From Myxococcota bacterium (GTDB taxonomy: Bacteria; Myxococcota_A; UBA9160; PR03), in the NCBI GenBank assembly GCA_041611735.1, contig JBFIML010000008.1, positions 32,001 to 96,000 of the forward strand: a stretch of DNA of 64,000 nucleotides, in the 5' to 3' direction. The position numbers were made by a program, and so were the translations under genes. This document shows, one piece after another, positions 1-10,180 of the stretch; position 1 is the stretch's first letter, and each line of letters opens with the position of its first letter. The notes beneath the pieces were generated by a model. The model saw only the letters and a list, made by a program, of their open reading frames with translations, made no database searches and had not been told where the DNA came from.

Positions 1-411
1 GCTTGCGATCGGCCGCCCGCAGCTCCAGCAGTGGGGCTGCCCCACCCGGGCGTAGAGGAGCCGCAGGTAGTCCGAAACCTCCGTGGTGGTCCCCACCGTG
101 GAGCGCGGGTTCCGGCTCACGGTGCGCTGCTCGATGGAGATGGCGGGCGAGAGTCCGTCGATGGACTCCACGTCCGGCTTGGTCATCTGCTCCAGGAACT
201 GACGCGCGTACGCGGACAGGGACTCCACGTAGCGTCGTTGGCCCTCGGCGTAGATCGTGTCGAAGGCGAGGGACGACTTGCCGGAGCCCGAGAGGCCGGT
301 GATCACCACCAGCCGATCGCGCGGGATGCGGACGTCGACGCCGGCCAGGTTGTGCTCTCGCGCCCCCCGGACGTCGATGTGGGTGGGGGCGTCCGCGGCC
401 CGGCCGGTCAC
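1..411 (-). CDS. uvrA: Excinuclease ABC subunit A, N-terminal part (runs off window)
   Basis: Manual translation gives [66 protein letters not shown] at 411 overlaps the upstream TGA. Confidence 0.95.
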   Translation of the reverse strand, partial: MTGRAADAPTHIDVRGAREHNLAGVDVRIPRDRLVVITGLSGSGKSSLAFDTIYAEGQRRYVESLSAYARQFLEQMTKPDVESIDGLSPAISIEQRTVSRNPRSTVGTTTEVSDYLRLLYARVGQPHCWSCGRPIAS

Positions 412-1427
412 GGGGTGGGCGGAGGCGGCGCTCCGCCGGAGCGCGGCTCGCCGAGCCGGGCCGCCTCGGCGAAGATGCCCTTGCGCTCCACGTAGGTCCG
501 TTCCCGGAGCTTCTCCACGAAGCGCATGTACTCCTCGGCGAAGCGTTCCTCGAAGATCTGGGCCCGGAGCTGGGACCGCGCCGCCTCGTAGGTGACCGGG
601 TTCGCCTGGCGCCGCGCCACGAGCTCGAGCAGATTGCAGCCGAACGGCGTCTCGATCGGTTGGGAGACCTGGCCGGCGGACAGCTCGGCCACGGCGGGCG
701 CCATCCATCCGGCCAGGTCCGCGGCGTGGACCCAGCCCAAGTCGCCCCCGGTTGCCAGGCCCGCCCCGGCGAGCTCCGCACCGATCTGCTGGAACGTCCC
801 GACGTCCCCCATGCGTGCCCGCGCCCGTTGCGCCTCCTGGCAGGCGGCGTCGAGCGCCGCCTGGCCCTTGCCCCGCGGCGCGATCACCAGGTGGCGCAGG
901 TGGACCTCTTCGCCTTCGTTGCGCTGCTCCCCGAAGCGGGTCCGATAGAGGCGCCGCAGCTCCGCCTCGTCCACGCGCACGCGGCTCTGCACCATGCTGC
1001 CGAGCACCTTCTGGTGCACGATCTGCTCCGCCAGCTGGCCCCGGTAGGCATCGAAGGGCAGCCCCTGGGCCTCGACGCTGGCGCGCACCTGCTCGGGGCT
1101 CAGGCCGTTCTCGCTACCGATGGCGGCGATCGCCTGGTCGATCTCCGCGTCGCTGGCCTCGATCTCCGCACGCCGGGCGAGCTGTCCGATCAGGCGACGC
1201 TCGATCAGCCGCTCGAGGGCCTCCGCCCGGACCTTGACGATCTCCGCGTCGGGCACGCCGACCTGGCGCATCTCGGCCTCGACCGGGGCTACCAGCCGCT
1301 CCACGTCCGAGAGGAGAACCACGTCCGAACCCACCTGGGCCGCGATGCCGTCCGCCAGCTCTTCGGCCTGCCCCACGGGCACGAGGACGATCAGGGCGGC
1401 CAGCAGGGTCGGGAAGGCCTGGCGCAT
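408..1427 (-). CDS. SurA-like periplasmic peptidyl-prolyl isomerase/chaperone
   Basis: C-terminal part of ORF 408..5219; signal peptide [16 protein letters not shown], SurA N-domain ([15 protein letters not shown]), parvulin motif [17 protein letters not shown]. Confidence 0.85.
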   Translation of the reverse strand: MRQAFPTLLAALIVLVPVGQAEELADGIAAQVGSDVVLLSDVERLVAPVEAEMRQVGVPDAEIVKVRAEALERLIERRLIGQLARRAEIEASDAEIDQAIAAIGSENGLSPEQVRASVEAQGLPFDAYRGQLAEQIVHQKVLGSMVQSRVRVDEAELRRLYRTRFGEQRNEGEEVHLRHLVIAPRGKGQAALDAACQEAQRARARMGDVGTFQQIGAELAGAGLATGGDLGWVHAADLAGWMAPAVAELSAGQVSQPIETPFGCNLLELVARRQANPVTYEAARSQLRAQIFEERFAEEYMRFVEKLRERTYVERKGIFAEAARLGEPRSGGAPPPPTP

Positions 1428-1553
1428 GGCGGTCCTCCGGAGCGGGGCGTGGGAGCGCGCGTCGCCGCGCGCAGCCCGGGAGGATACCGCGGCCCGCTCG
1501 GGTAGGCTGGGCGATGGGGCGGGTGCGGGCCGCCGCGCCCGACGGAGGGCAGC

Positions 1554-1808
1554 GTGGGGAGCTTCCGGGTCGAGTCGGAGCGGGACGCTACCGGAAGCCT
1601 CGTTCCGCGCCGGGTGGGCCGGGCGGGATGCGTCCAGCGCATCGTCGAGGTCCTCGATCGCTGGCCGGGGGCGAACTACGTCTACTTCCGCGTGCGCACG
1701 GAGACCGGAGACGTGCTGATCCTGCGCCGGGAGGAGGGCGAAGAGGCAGCCCGGGGCTGGGAGCTCGTCTTCTTCGAGCGGGCCGGCGCCGGGCCCGGGG
1801 AAGCTTAG
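1554..1808 (+). CDS. Small hypothetical protein (DUF6504-like)
   Basis: 84 aa, protein-like composition, motif VEVLDRWPG..YVYFRVRT..GDVLILRR..WEL. Confidence 0.6.
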   Translation: MGSFRVESERDATGSLVPRRVGRAGCVQRIVEVLDRWPGANYVYFRVRTETGDVLILRREEGEEAARGWELVFFERAGAGPGEA

Positions 1809-2620
1809 GGCATCACCTCGACGCCGTTGTACCAGAGCTGCACCTCGGAGCCCTCCCAGGCCCAGACGGTGATCGCCTGCTCGGAGCTCTCCACCACGAG
1901 CTCGCCCGCCTCGGGACCGCTGGCCGAGACCTCGAAGGTCGCGCCCGGCGCCATGTCGTACTCCTCCGCCCAGGGCTCGAGGGCGAAGATCACGTCCGTG
2001 GCGTGGGAGTTCTCGACCAGCAGGGAGACCTCCACCGGCTCGGACTCCGGGGCCTCCTCCGTCTTCGCCTCCGCCGTGGTGGCTTCTGCGTCGCCCGCGG
2101 CTTCGGCCGCGGGATCGCCGTAGTCGACGCGCCGCAGCTCGGCGCCGTTCTGGTCCCAGAAGGTCCAGACGCCGGCCTTGAAGCCCTCCCGGTACTCGCC
2201 GCTCGACTGGGCGGGCCCGCTGTCCCAGTGGAAGGTCCAGCGTCCGTGCCGCTGTCCGTCTTCGTAGCTGCCCGACTCCACCACGTCCCCGGCGCGCTCC
2301 TTGCGCCAGGGCCCGTGCTGCAGGCGACCTCCGTCGGGGCCTGTGCGCACGCACCAGCGCATCACCGTGTCGATGAAGGGAAGGGCGAGCTCGGCCGGCT
2401 CGGTCTGGTCGGGACAGCGCAGCGCGCCGTACTCCTCGCTGCTGCCTGCGGCCGGCGCAGGCGCCTCGCCGCTCTCCGGCCTCGCCGCAGCGGTCCTGGC
2501 CGCAACGGCGGCGGCCGCATCCGGCTCGGACCGCTGGACCCCGCGCTCCGCGCGCTCCGAGCAGGCCAGCGTGACGAGCAGGGCGGCCGGCACCACCCGT
2601 GCCCAGCGTGCGGTCTTCAT
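1805..2620 (-). CDS. Lipoprotein with YwqK/MORN-variant repeats and an acidic C-terminal domain
   Basis: Lipobox-like VTLAC; repeats HGPWRK..GSYEDGQRHGRWTF..GEYREGFKAGVWTFWD. Confidence 0.7.
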   Translation of the reverse strand: MKTARWARVVPAALLVTLACSERAERGVQRSEPDAAAAVAARTAAARPESGEAPAPAAGSSEEYGALRCPDQTEPAELALPFIDTVMRWCVRTGPDGGRLQHGPWRKERAGDVVESGSYEDGQRHGRWTFHWDSGPAQSSGEYREGFKAGVWTFWDQNGAELRRVDYGDPAAEAAGDAEATTAEAKTEEAPESEPVEVSLLVENSHATDVIFALEPWAEEYDMAPGATFEVSASGPEAGELVVESSEQAITVWAWEGSEVQLWYNGVEVMP

Positions 2621-2671
2621 GGCTCGACCTCCCCCCAAAGAGCAGCCCGGGTTGCGTCGCTCCTCGGGATC

Positions 2672-5600
2672 CTACCCGGGATCGGTGTCGAGGGGAGCAG
2701 GCTTGAGGGGCTGCTCTGCACCCAGGCGCCCCAGCAGTCGCCGCGCCGTGTCGAAGCAGGCCGAAACGCCGGCGTGGGGCGGAAGCGGAGCGTAGAGACG
2801 ATGATCGGGGGTGACGCGCAGGCCGAGCCCCGCTTGTGTGAGCAGGCTCACCAACCGCTCCGGGTCCACGCGTGCGCGTTCGCTCAGCGTGACCACCAGC
2901 TCGCCGTTGGCCACGTCCAGGGCCCGGGCCCCCAGCCGCCGCGCCAGGATCTTGAGCCGGATCACCTCGAGCAGGTTCTCCGCCGGCGCCGGCAGCGGGC
3001 CGAAGCGGTCCAGGATCTCGTCCCGGATGCGATCCACGTCGGCCCGGTCGGGCGCACTGGCCAGGCGCTTGTACAGCACGAGGCGCTGGCTCACGTCCGG
3101 GACGTAGTCCTCCGGGAGGCGCGCCGGGACCGGGAGCCGGATCTCGGGATCCACCTCCACCTCGCGCACGTGCCCCCGCAGCTCCTCCACGGTCTCCTCG
3201 AGCATCTCCATGTACGTCTCGTAGCCCACCGCAGCCAGACAGCCCGATTGCTCCGCCCCGAGCAGGTTCCCCGCCCCGCGGATCTCCAGGTCCATGCTGG
3301 CCAGCCGGAAGCCGCTGCCGAGCTCCGTGAACTCCTGGAGGGCCTCCAGGCGGCGCTTCGCGTCGCTGGCCAGCGCGTCCTCGCCCGGGACCAGCAGATA
3401 GGCATAGGCCCGGTGGCGGCTGCGACCGACCCGGCCCCGCAGCTGGTAGAGCTGGGCCAGGCCGAAGGCGTCGGCCCGGTTGATCAGGATCGTATTGGCG
3501 CGCGGGATGTCGAGCCCGCTCTCGATGATGCTGGTGCAGAGCAGCAGCTCCGCCCCGCCGTGCCAGAAGGCGAGCATGCGCTCCTCGAGCTCGCGGTCGC
3601 GCATCTGTCCGTGGGCGACGATGAACTTGACCTCCGGCACGATGCGGGACAGGAGCTCTGCCATGCTGCCGATGGTCTGAACGCGGTTGTGCACGAAGAA
3701 GACCTGGCCGCCGCGACGGACTTCGCGCAGGATCGCCTCGCGGATCAACGGCTCCGAGAAGCGGCAGACCTGGGTGCGGATGGCGAAGCGGTCCGCCGGC
3801 GGGGTGTTGATGACCGAGAGATCGCGCAGGCCCGTGAAGGCCAGCTGGAGCGTGCGCGGGATGGGTGTGGCCGTCAAGGTGAGCACGTCCACGGTCTTGC
3901 GGAGCTGCTTGATGCGTTCCTTGTGGGCCACGCCGAAGCGGTGCTCCTCGTCGACCACCAGGAGCCCCAGGTCCCGGAAGCGTACGTTCTTCTGCAGCAG
4001 CTTGTGGGTGCCGATCACGACGTCCACGGAGCCGCTCAGGAGCCCTTCCAGCACCGCCTGGGTCTCCTTGGGCGACTGGAAGCGGGAGAGCGACTCGATG
4101 CGCACCGGGTAGCCCTCGAAGCGCTTGCGGAAGTTCTCCTCGTGCTGCTGGCACAGCACCGTGGTGGGCACGAGCACGGCCGCTTGCTTGCCGTCCAGAA
4201 CCACCCGGAAGGCGGCCCGCACCGCCACCTCCGTCTTGCCGAAGCCCACGTCCCCGCACACCAGGCGATCCATGGGTTTGGGCTTCTGGAGGTCCGCGAG
4301 CACGTCCTCGATGGCCGCTTCCTGGTCCGGGGTCTCCTCGTAGGGGAAGGCCGCCTCGAACTCCTCCAGCATGCGGTCGCGCGGCGCGAATGCGTGGCCC
4401 GAGGCCACCTCCCGGGCGGCGTGCACCGCCAGCAGCTGTTCGGCCATGTCGCGCAGCTGCTTGCGCACCTGGCCCCGGGCCTTGTTCCAGGTGGAGCCGC
4501 CCATCTTGTCGATGCGCGGAACGTGGCCGTCGGCCCCCACGTAGCGCTGGATCAGGTTGAGACGGTGGACGGGAAGGAAGAGCCGGTCGCCCCCCGCGTA
4601 CTCCAGGCGCAGGAACTCGCCTTCCACGCGCCCGACCTCGAGCTTCACGAGGCCCCGGTAGACGCCGATCCCGTGCTCCGCATGCACCAGGGCGTCCCCG
4701 GGCTTGAGCTGGGCCAGGGCCTCGATGGCCGTGGCGTCGCGCGGGCTGGCCCGGAGGCGGCGGCGCTCCCGCGGCCCGAAGATCTCCTCCTCCGTGAGCA
4801 CGATCAGGCGCTCGAGGGGGAAGCGGAAGCCCTCCGCGAACGGGGCGACCCGCACCTCGATGCGGCCGGGGGCGGACCAGCGCCAGGCGGGGCGTCGGTC
4901 GGTGGCGGTCCGCGCCTCGAGGCCGTACTCCCCGAGCAGCGTGCGCAGACGCTCGGCCCCGGAGAGGGCCGCGGCCACCAGCACGACGCGCCAGCCCTCC
5001 TCGATCCAGCTGGCGAGGCGCGTCACCAGGGGTTCGAGGGCGGCGTCGCTGCTGCGCGCCTTCACCAGCTCCCGGCGCAGCTCGTCGTGACCGTAGGTAC
5101 GCAGGGCCCAGCGTGCGCCGTGCGCGGCCACGTCCAGCCGTTCCAGCGCCACGGCCCGGCGCGCCTCGAGCTCTGCGAAGATCGCCTCGGGAGCGTCCAG
5201 CAGCTCCCCCGGCGGGCACACCGGCCGCGCGCCCTCGCGCGCCGCGTCGAAGTGGTGGTACGCCTCCTTCACGTAGTGCACCAGGCGTTCGCGGCCGGCG
5301 TCCGGGTCCTCCATCACCACGAGGGTGTCCTCGGGCAGGTGGTCGAAGACCCGCTCCAGGGCCGGCTGCAGCAGGGCGGCGAGGGCCTCCACGCCCGGCG
5401 GCAGGTGCCCACGCAGGAGGGCGTCGACCAGCGCGTCCACCGCGGCGGACGGGACGCCCTGGCTGCGGGCCAGCTCGCGCAGGGCGTCGGCGCGCTCGAT
5501 CACCAGGGAGCGGTCGAGCAGGAGCTCCCGGGGCGGCGGAGCGACGGCATGGGTCAGACGTCCCTGGGAGCGTTGGCTGGCGGGGTCGAACTCGCGGATC

Positions 5601-6229
5601 GACTCGACCTCGTCACCCAGCAGCTCGACGCGCAGGGGTCGCGGCCGGTGCGGCGGGAAGAGGTCCACGATGCCACCGCGCACCGCCAGCTCGCCCGGCT
5701 CCTCCACGAGCGGCATGCGCGCGTAGCCGGCCGCCAGCAGCCGCTCGACCAGGGCGTCGCGATCGATGGTCTGGCCCACCTCCAGGTGCACCACCCGGGC
5801 GCGCAGGGCGTCCCGGCTGGGAATGCGCAGGGCGAGTGCCGTCCAGGGCGCCACCACGATCGGGCCCTCGCTGCGCGCTTCGCTGGCCAGCCAGCGATAC
5901 AGGACGTCCATGCGCTGGGCGATCACCGTCGGCTGGGGCGAGAAGCGCTCGTAGGGCAGCGTGTCGTGGCGTGGGAAGGGGACCAGAAGGCCGTTCGCCT
6001 CCCGGGCGGGCTCGCCCAGGGCGCTGCGCAGGTCCTCCAGCAGGGCGTCGGCGGCCTTGGCGTGAGCCGCCAGGAAGAGGACCGGCCGACCGGGGTGGGC
6101 CTCGATCAGGCGTGCGCCCACCAGGGCACGCGCGGCGCCCCGCAGGCCGGTGAGCCGCACCGGGCCACGGCGCTTGCGGACGCGCTCGAGGACGTCCTCC
6201 AACGTGCTGGCGGGCTCTTGCTGGGGCAT
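2672..6229 (-). CDS. mfd: Transcription-repair coupling factor
   Basis: 1185 aa; CarD domain (VHAEHGIGVY), GDVGFGKTEVA, DEEHRFGV, QLRGRVGRS, TRCF C-terminus. Confidence 0.97.
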   Translation of the reverse strand: MPQQEPASTLEDVLERVRKRRGPVRLTGLRGAARALVGARLIEAHPGRPVLFLAAHAKAADALLEDLRSALGEPAREANGLLVPFPRHDTLPYERFSPQPTVIAQRMDVLYRWLASEARSEGPIVVAPWTALALRIPSRDALRARVVHLEVGQTIDRDALVERLLAAGYARMPLVEEPGELAVRGGIVDLFPPHRPRPLRVELLGDEVESIREFDPASQRSQGRLTHAVAPPPRELLLDRSLVIERADALRELARSQGVPSAAVDALVDALLRGHLPPGVEALAALLQPALERVFDHLPEDTLVVMEDPDAGRERLVHYVKEAYHHFDAAREGARPVCPPGELLDAPEAIFAELEARRAVALERLDVAAHGARWALRTYGHDELRRELVKARSSDAALEPLVTRLASWIEEGWRVVLVAAALSGAERLRTLLGEYGLEARTATDRRPAWRWSAPGRIEVRVAPFAEGFRFPLERLIVLTEEEIFGPRERRRLRASPRDATAIEALAQLKPGDALVHAEHGIGVYRGLVKLEVGRVEGEFLRLEYAGGDRLFLPVHRLNLIQRYVGADGHVPRIDKMGGSTWNKARGQVRKQLRDMAEQLLAVHAAREVASGHAFAPRDRMLEEFEAAFPYEETPDQEAAIEDVLADLQKPKPMDRLVCGDVGFGKTEVAVRAAFRVVLDGKQAAVLVPTTVLCQQHEENFRKRFEGYPVRIESLSRFQSPKETQAVLEGLLSGSVDVVIGTHKLLQKNVRFRDLGLLVVDEEHRFGVAHKERIKQLRKTVDVLTLTATPIPRTLQLAFTGLRDLSVINTPPADRFAIRTQVCRFSEPLIREAILREVRRGGQVFFVHNRVQTIGSMAELLSRIVPEVKFIVAHGQMRDRELEERMLAFWHGGAELLLCTSIIESGLDIPRANTILINRADAFGLAQLYQLRGRVGRSRHRAYAYLLVPGEDALASDAKRRLEALQEFTELGSGFRLASMDLEIRGAGNLLGAEQSGCLAAVGYETYMEMLEETVEELRGHVREVEVDPEIRLPVPARLPEDYVPDVSQRLVLYKRLASAPDRADVDRIRDEILDRFGPLPAPAENLLEVIRLKILARRLGARALDVANGELVVTLSERARVDPERLVSLLTQAGLGLRVTPDHRLYAPLPPHAGVSACFDTARRLLGRLGAEQPLKPAPLDTDPG

Positions 6230-6355
6230 CTCCGGACACGAAGACCCCTCGCCCCCGTCGCCGGGGGGAGGGGTTGCCTTCGGGGTCCCAGTGTAGCGAC
6301 TGGTGGGCCGCCGCTCCGGTCGGCCGCGTCGTGCGAGGCCGAGTTGGGGGCGCCG

Positions 6356-6565
6356 CTAGCCCTCGAACTTGAAGGAGAGCTTCACCCTGGCCCGGTACGC
6401 GATCACCTTGCCGCCGTCGAGCTGCAGGTCCAGCTTGGAGATCTCGGCAATGCGCAGGTCCCTCAGGGACTTCGAGGCCTGCTGCACCGCGGCCTGGGCC
6501 GCCTTCTCCCAGGAATCCGTGCTCGTACCCACCAGCTCGATGATCTTGTAGACGCTCTCTGCCAT
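6356..6565 (-). CDS. Dodecin flavin-binding protein
   Basis: MAESVYKIIELVGTS..SWEKAA..YRARVKLSFKFE. Confidence 0.92.
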   Translation of the reverse strand: MAESVYKIIELVGTSTDSWEKAAQAAVQQASKSLRDLRIAEISKLDLQLDGGKVIAYRARVKLSFKFEG

Positions 6566-6674
6566 CGTGGTCTCCCTCGCGGTCGCGGGCGGTGTCGGGT
6601 CCACCCCGCGGTTCTCGAATCCGCACCGATCCTACTTCGGCGCATGGCTGCGAACCAAGGGAAATCCGCGGGGC

Positions 6675-6992
6675 TCACGGACTGCGCGGAGTGATCTCGG
6701 TGACTCGATAGCGGCCGTCCGCGTACTCCACGCGGAAGTCCACCGGGTCGCCGGGTGCCAGGCCTTCGAGCTGGGCGGGGTCGACGACCTCGAAACCCAT
6801 GGTCATGGCCTTCATCACGCCGGGGATGTCCCCGTGCTGCAGCACCACCCTTCCCTCCTGCGCCTGCACTTCGCGCACCACGCCCTGCCCCTGTCCGGTC
6901 CGGGAGTCGCCGCCGCAGCCGGCGGCCGCCAGGCCCAGGGTGAGGACGAGCGCCAGGGCCGCGCCCCCGAGACGCACTCCGAATCCGCTCAT
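6675..6992 (-). CDS. cusF: CusF-family copper-binding lipoprotein
   Basis: HGDIPGVMKAMTMGF motif, signal/lipobox AAAGC; start overlaps the cusA stop. Confidence 0.8.
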   Translation of the reverse strand: MSGFGVRLGGAALALVLTLGLAAAGCGGDSRTGQGQGVVREVQAQEGRVVLQHGDIPGVMKAMTMGFEVVDPAQLEGLAPGDPVDFRVEYADGRYRVTEITPRSP

Positions 6993-9900
6993 CCCATCTC
7001 CCTTCCTGCCCCGGGCGGCGGGGCCGCCGGGACGTCGGGCGCCGCCAGGGCACGGCGCTTCCAGATCGCGAACAAGGCCGGGTACACCAGTAGCTCCAGG
7101 GTGAAGGAGGTGGCGAGACCGCCCACCATGGGCGCCGCGATGCGCTTCATCAGATCGGCCCCGGTGCCGGAGCTCCACAAGAGCGGCAGCAGCCCGGCCG
7201 TCATGGCGGCCACGGTCATGAGCTTGGGCCGGACGCGCCGCGCCGCTCCCTCCACGATGGCCTGCTCCAGGTCCGCGAAGCTGCGCAGGCGTCCCTCCGC
7301 GAGACGCTGGCGGTGCGCGAGGGTCAGGTAGAGGAGCATCACCACCCCGGTCTGCGCGTCCAGGCCCGCCAGGGCGATGATCCCCACCCAGACGGCGACG
7401 CTCAGGTTGTAGTCCAGCAGCCACAGCAGCCAGATCGCCCCGATCAGCGAGAAGGGCACCGCCAGCAGCACCATGCCCGTCTCGACGGCGGAGCCCGTGT
7501 TCCAATAGAGCAGCAGGGCGACCAGCAGCAGCGTGAGCGGCAGCACGACCGCCATCCGCTCCCGGGCCCGCTCGAAGTACTGGAACTGTCCCGCCCACTC
7601 GAGACGCATGCCGGCTGGCAGCGGCACCCGCTCGGCCACCAGGCGCCGGGCCTCGTGCACGTAGTCCACGATGGGCCGGCCGCTCACGTCCACGAACACG
7701 AAGCCCACCAGCCGTCCCGCTTCGCTGCGCACGAAAGGGGCCCCCATCTGGAAGGCGATCTCCGCCACCTGCCCGATGGGCACCTGGGCGCCCGTGGGTG
7801 TCGCTACCAGGATGCGCCGCAAGGCGTCGAGGTCCTCGCGGAAGTCCCGGGCGTAGCGCACGCTCACCGGATAGCGCTCGCGCCCCTCCACGGTTTCGGA
7901 GATGTTGCGGCCCCCGATGGCGGATTCGACGATCTCGTTCACGTCGCGAACCCGCAGCCCCAGACGCGCCGCCTCCTCACGGTCGATGCGGACATCCAGG
8001 TAGAAACCGCCGGTGAGCCGCTCCGCCACGGCGCTCCGGGTACCGTCCACCTCCGCCAGCGCCTGCTCGATGGCAACGGCCGTGGACTCGATGCTGGGCA
8101 GGTCGTCGCCGAAGACCTTGATGCCGAGCTGGCTGCGGATGCCCGTGGCCAGCATCTCGGTGCGGGTCTGGACCGGCATCCAGAACAGGTTCGGCATGCC
8201 CGGATAGCGCAGGCGCTCGTTCATCTGCTGGATGAGTCGCTCCCAGGTCATGCCGGCGCGCCACTGGGAGCGGGGCTTCAAGGTGATCACCGTCTCCACC
8301 ATCTCGAGGGGCGCCGGGTCGGTGGGCGTGTCGGCGCGACCCACCTTGCCGAACACGCGCGCCACCTCGGGGAACGCCACGAGCTCGCGGTCCATGCGCT
8401 GGAGCACCGCCGTGGCTTCGGTGATGGACATGCCCGGCGGCGCGGTGGGCATGTAGAGGATCGTGCCCTCGTTGAGGGGCGGCATGAACTCGCTCCCCAG
8501 GGCGAAGAACACCGGCACGGTCGCCAGCATGGCCAGCAGGGCGAGGCCCACCACCAGCGCGCGGTGCCGCACCACGCGACGCACGACCGGGGCATACAGG
8601 GCCACCAGCCAGCGATTCAGCGGGTTCTCGTCCTCGCTCCGCAGGCGGCCGCGGATCAGCAGGGCGGCCAGGGCAGGGGTCAGGGTCACGGACAGCACGG
8701 CCGCGAAGCCCATGGCGTAGGTCTTCGTGTAGGCCAGGGGCTTGAACAGGCGGCCCTCGGTGGATTCCAGCGCGAAGATCGGCAGGAAGGAGACGGTGAT
8801 CACCAGCAGGGCGAAGAAGACGCTCGGCCCCACCTCCTGCATGGCCCGCAGGATCACCGCCTCCCGCTGCTCCGGTCGGCCGGCGTGCTCCCAGGCTTCG
8901 AGCCGCTTGTGGACGTTCTCCACCACGATGATGGAGGCGTCCACCATGGCCCCGATCGCCACGGCGATCCCGCCCAGGGACATGATGTTGGCGGTGAGCT
9001 CCTGGTACAGCATGGGGACGAAGGCGAGCAGCACGCCCACCGGGATGGTGAGGATCGGGATCAGAGCGCTGCGGGCGTGGAGCAGGAAGACGAAGATGAT
9101 CAGGGAGACGATCGCCATCTCCTCCAGCAGCGTCCGGCGCAGCGTGTCGATGGCGCCCCGGATCAGCTCCGAGCGGTCGTAGGTGGGCACGACCTCGATG
9201 CCCTCGGGGAGCCCGGCCTCCACCGCCGCCAGGCGCTCCTTCACGGCGTCGATCACCCGCAGGGCGTTCTCCCCGTGGCGCATCACCACGATGCCGCCCA
9301 CCACCTCGCCCTCGCCGTCGAGCTCTGCCGCCCCGCGGCGCATGTCGGGGCCGACACCGACCTCCGCCACCTGCTCGATCGTCACCGGCGTGCCGCCGTC
9401 GGCACGCAGCGGCACCCGCCGGAGGTCGTCGAGGCTGCGCACGTAGCCGCGGCCGCGCACCACGTACTCGTGTCCCGCCAGCTCGAGGCTGCGTCCGCCG
9501 GCGTCCTCGTTCGACTCGCGCACCGCCTCGATCACGTCCCGCAGCGGGATGCCCAGGGCCAGCAGCTTGTTCGGATCGACCTGGATCTGGTACTGGCGCT
9601 CGAAGCCGCCCAGCGAGGCCACCTCCGCCACGCCCGGCACGCTGGCCAGCGCGTAGCGCAGGTTCCAGTCCTGCAGGCTGCGCAGCTGGGCCAGGTCGTG
9701 CCGGCCGCTGCGGTCCAGCAGGGCGTACTCGAAGACCCACCCGACCCCGGTGGCATCGGGGCCCAGCACGGGCGAGACGCCCTCCGGCAGCGCCCCCTGG
9801 ATCCCCGCCAGGTACTCGAGCACCCGGCTGCGCGCCCAGTAGAGGTCGGTCCCGTCCTCGAAGATGACGTAGACGAAGGAGAGCCCGAAGAAGGATTGCC

Positions 9901-10180
9901 CGCGCACGTAGCGCACGTGGGGTGCGGCGAGCAGCCGGGTCGAGATCGGGTAGGTGAGCTGGTCCTCGACCAGGTCCGGGCTGCGCCCGGGCCACTCGGT
10001 GAACACGATCACCTGCACGTCCGAGAGGTCGGGGATCGCGTCCAGCGGGGCGCGGCGCAAGGCGTGGACGCCCCAGACCGTCGCGGCGACCACCAGCAGG
10101 ACGGTGAGGAAGCGCTGGCGTGCGCAGGCGGCGATCACGCGCGCGACGTAGCCCTCGTTCTGCTGGGGCTGGCCGCTCAC
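6989..10180 (-). CDS. cusA: CusA/CzcA heavy-metal RND efflux permease
   Basis: LDAIPDLSDVQVIV, LGPDATGVGWV, GAMVDA, RVRPKLMT; GTG at 10180 overlaps the upstream stop. Confidence 0.95.
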   Translation of the reverse strand: MSGQPQQNEGYVARVIAACARQRFLTVLLVVAATVWGVHALRRAPLDAIPDLSDVQVIVFTEWPGRSPDLVEDQLTYPISTRLLAAPHVRYVRGQSFFGLSFVYVIFEDGTDLYWARSRVLEYLAGIQGALPEGVSPVLGPDATGVGWVFEYALLDRSGRHDLAQLRSLQDWNLRYALASVPGVAEVASLGGFERQYQIQVDPNKLLALGIPLRDVIEAVRESNEDAGGRSLELAGHEYVVRGRGYVRSLDDLRRVPLRADGGTPVTIEQVAEVGVGPDMRRGAAELDGEGEVVGGIVVMRHGENALRVIDAVKERLAAVEAGLPEGIEVVPTYDRSELIRGAIDTLRRTLLEEMAIVSLIIFVFLLHARSALIPILTIPVGVLLAFVPMLYQELTANIMSLGGIAVAIGAMVDASIIVVENVHKRLEAWEHAGRPEQREAVILRAMQEVGPSVFFALLVITVSFLPIFALESTEGRLFKPLAYTKTYAMGFAAVLSVTLTPALAALLIRGRLRSEDENPLNRWLVALYAPVVRRVVRHRALVVGLALLAMLATVPVFFALGSEFMPPLNEGTILYMPTAPPGMSITEATAVLQRMDRELVAFPEVARVFGKVGRADTPTDPAPLEMVETVITLKPRSQWRAGMTWERLIQQMNERLRYPGMPNLFWMPVQTRTEMLATGIRSQLGIKVFGDDLPSIESTAVAIEQALAEVDGTRSAVAERLTGGFYLDVRIDREEAARLGLRVRDVNEIVESAIGGRNISETVEGRERYPVSVRYARDFREDLDALRRILVATPTGAQVPIGQVAEIAFQMGAPFVRSEAGRLVGFVFVDVSGRPIVDYVHEARRLVAERVPLPAGMRLEWAGQFQYFERARERMAVVLPLTLLLVALLLYWNTGSAVETGMVLLAVPFSLIGAIWLLWLLDYNLSVAVWVGIIALAGLDAQTGVVMLLYLTLAHRQRLAEGRLRSFADLEQAIVEGAARRVRPKLMTVAAMTAGLLPLLWSSGTGADLMKRIAAPMVGGLATSFTLELLVYPALFAIWKRRALAAPDVPAAPPPGAGREMG

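Noticed and set aside
6235-6355. Possible structured RNA or riboswitch upstream of mfd
   Set aside because: Only an imperfect GC hairpin and a plausible -10 (TACACT on the - strand); no RNA family motif recognised
1514-6694. 1726-aa + strand ORF, and similar giant ORFs such as 28483..34173 (-) and 7313..10531 (+)
   Set aside because: Antisense shadows of real genes (mfd, ltp3/fadD19, cusA) caused by high GC and codon bias; no recognisable motifs
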